The translations under genes were made by a program, and so were the position numbers. The notes under the pieces were generated by a model. The model saw only the letters and a program-made list of their open reading frames with translations, did no database searches and had not been told where the DNA came from. From assembly GCA_010093705.1 (NCBI GenBank), contig MU006099.1:868001-890002 (forward strand): 22,002 nt of DNA, given 5' to 3'. This DNA is from Patellaria atrata CBS 101060. Lineage: Eukaryota. Below are positions 20,362 to 22,002 of the stretch, one piece after another (within the stretch, counting starts at the first letter, position 1; each line of letters opens with the position of its first letter).

Positions 20362-20629
20362 TGTCAGACGTAAGGGTGCTGAAAATGATCAAGATAATCG
20401 CTCGATTGTTTAATGACTGTGCTAAAGAGCGTTTAAATACATGAGAACATGCAGGTAACAGCGTTTATACCTACTAGGCAACTGAGAACATGCAGGCAAC
20501 AGCGTTGATACCTACTAGGCAGCTGTGTTAAAGGAATGATGCTAATAACTAGCGTAAGGCAGTAGGAGATATACTTGATTATCCTTTCCACTAAGATCTT
20601 CAGTCTAACAGGGGACCCATACTTCAACA
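20362..20629 (-). mobile_element. Family A LTR, inverted copy of 16942-17211
   Basis: Near-identical, including the 41-bp duplication. No TSD (GCAGC / CACCC) and no PBS. The purine-rich GGAAGGGTG just upstream on the minus strand could be a PPT. Confidence 0.88.
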
Positions 20630-20719
20630 CACCCTTCCAAAACACGTAGATTTGAGGAGAAGATAGGTGTTTTAACGACAATCTGGTGAAATTGAGGGTC
20701 ACGCAAGGTGGCTGGATAT

Positions 20720-21012
20720 CAGATGGTTGGGGACTAGGATAAGTGAGATGGTTAAGCAGGCAATACTATAAGATAGTATAGGCACCCACTCTAGATAGTA
20801 GACAATCAATGAACACTCTTACCCTTCTGACTACTACCTTAGCTCATATCTATGTGGATTTTATCACAGATGGTTGGGGACTAGGATAAGTGAGATGGTT
20901 AAGCAGGCAATACTATAAGATAGTATAGGCACCCGCTCTAGATAGTAGACAATCAATGAACACTCTTACCCTTCTATCTACTACCTTAGCTTATATCTAT
21001 GTGGATTTTATC
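20720..21012 (+). repeat. Tandem duplication, 2 x 147 bp
   Basis: Units start CAGATGGTTGGGGACTAGG at 20720 and 20867 and differ at about 4 positions. The second unit ends at the LTR starting at 21013. Confidence 0.92.
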
Positions 21013-21637
21013 TGTCAGACTAAAGAAGTTAGTAGTAACGGATAATCAAGTATATTTCCTACTGCCTTACGCTAGCTATTAGCACCATTCCTTTGACACA
21101 GCTACCTAGTAGGTATCAACGCTGTTGCCTGCATGTTCTCATGTATTTAAACGCTCGTTAGAACAGTCATTAAACAATCAAGCGATATCCCCCCATCGAT
21201 TTATGCATCATAAATCTGACAGTTATAAGCCCGGTTTACCCTAGGTTCTAAAATTAGTTTATATCGGATATTTGTCTATCTTTTAGATCTTTAGTGTATT
21301 AAGTTCACCTTCTTTTAATCCTATCTTTGCTCAAATATCCTCCCTTTTTATCTGGTTTTCTGATACCAACCGCTACCACAATGTCGTCTTCAAATACTAT
21401 CAAATCTACTGTTGTTCTCAACTCCTCGACGGATTGGAACTTGTGGATTGGCCTTATAAGGGGCAAAGTAGGCACGGCCTGGAAGTATTATGATCCAAAT
21501 GATGCTTCACCCCCTGTTTTAAGCGTACTAGATCAACTGACAGATAAGGACCCTGCTGCTGTCGAAAATCATAGAATTCTGTATAGAGAATTCGAAAAGG
21601 CTTAGACTAAGTTAGATAACGTATCTGACTTTATGTT
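21013..21637 (+). mobile_element. 5' part of a Ty1/Copia retrotransposon: LTR 21013-21221, PBS 21222-21234, leader and gag start
   Basis: LTR TGTCAGA...TCTGACA is related to family A but has a single copy of the 41-bp unit. PBS GTTATAAGCCCGG. Interrupted by a family B LTR at 21638. Confidence 0.85.
21381..21637 (+). pseudogene. gag: Copia gag N-terminal fragment
   Basis: MSSSNTIKSTVVLNSSTDWNLWIGLIRGKVGTAWKYYDPND has the L...DW..W...I......W.Y.DP pattern of fungal Copia Gag and lies downstream of LTR plus PBS. In-frame TAG at 21603-21605. Confidence 0.7.
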
Positions 21638-22002
21638 TATGAGATTGTGGATAACTGAATATAGTCGCTTGATTTTTTTTATCTATCGAAGGAATTTCTA
21701 TATATACTAAAGAGCTACTGAGAGTCGTTGAGATATCTGTTGAGATAGTGGAGTCCGTTGAGGACGAAATAAACAATTGTTGAAGAGAGACTTTTTCGTG
21801 CTCCATGCTACTCCGTGGTTGACATCTGACAGATAGTTGATAGATCCACCAAAGGACCCATACTTCAACAGTACCCATGGTCGCCAATAGCACCAATACT
21901 CCAACAGCGCCACCATCTAACAATACTTAACTTATAAGTCGGAGCCGAGCACTTAGCTCTGAAAACCTCCAACATAAGGCTTGGGAGATCAGCCGTCTGA
22001 CA
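21638..22002 (-). mobile_element. Family B LTR, inverted copy of 17370-17737, inserted in gag
   Basis: Differs from the 17370 copy by about 3 transitions and a small indel. The window ends exactly at the LTR terminus. Confidence 0.88.

Overview
Filamentous-ascomycete genomic DNA, with short GT-AG introns, CTAAC branch sites and fungal transposon families. Left half (1-11 kb): a candidate 72-aa secreted peptide gene, a possible pseudogene, an intronless bacterial-type GH94 cellobionic acid phosphorylase and an 8-exon secreted DUF1996 gene. Right half (11.2-22 kb): a transposon nest. A Fot1/pogo element is split by an internally deleted hAT element (21-bp TIRs, 8-bp TSD) and then cut off by a 320-bp-armed inverted repeat of two LTRs. 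Several Copia-type LTRs, PBS sites and a gag fragment surround two single-pass membrane protein genes (a Cys-rich one and a catalytically dead pepsin-like one). Two observations stand out. First, the LTR 5' regions are stacks of short modules that each begin with a TGTYRRA LTR-terminus motif and are gained, lost or shared between copies. Second, the T-depleted 188-bp loop of the inverted repeat behaves like an alphabetical consensus of a sequence with its own reverse complement, so it is probably an assembly artefact. Decoding it recovers both missing LTR 3' ends. All exon structures and counts were done by hand; no database searches were run.
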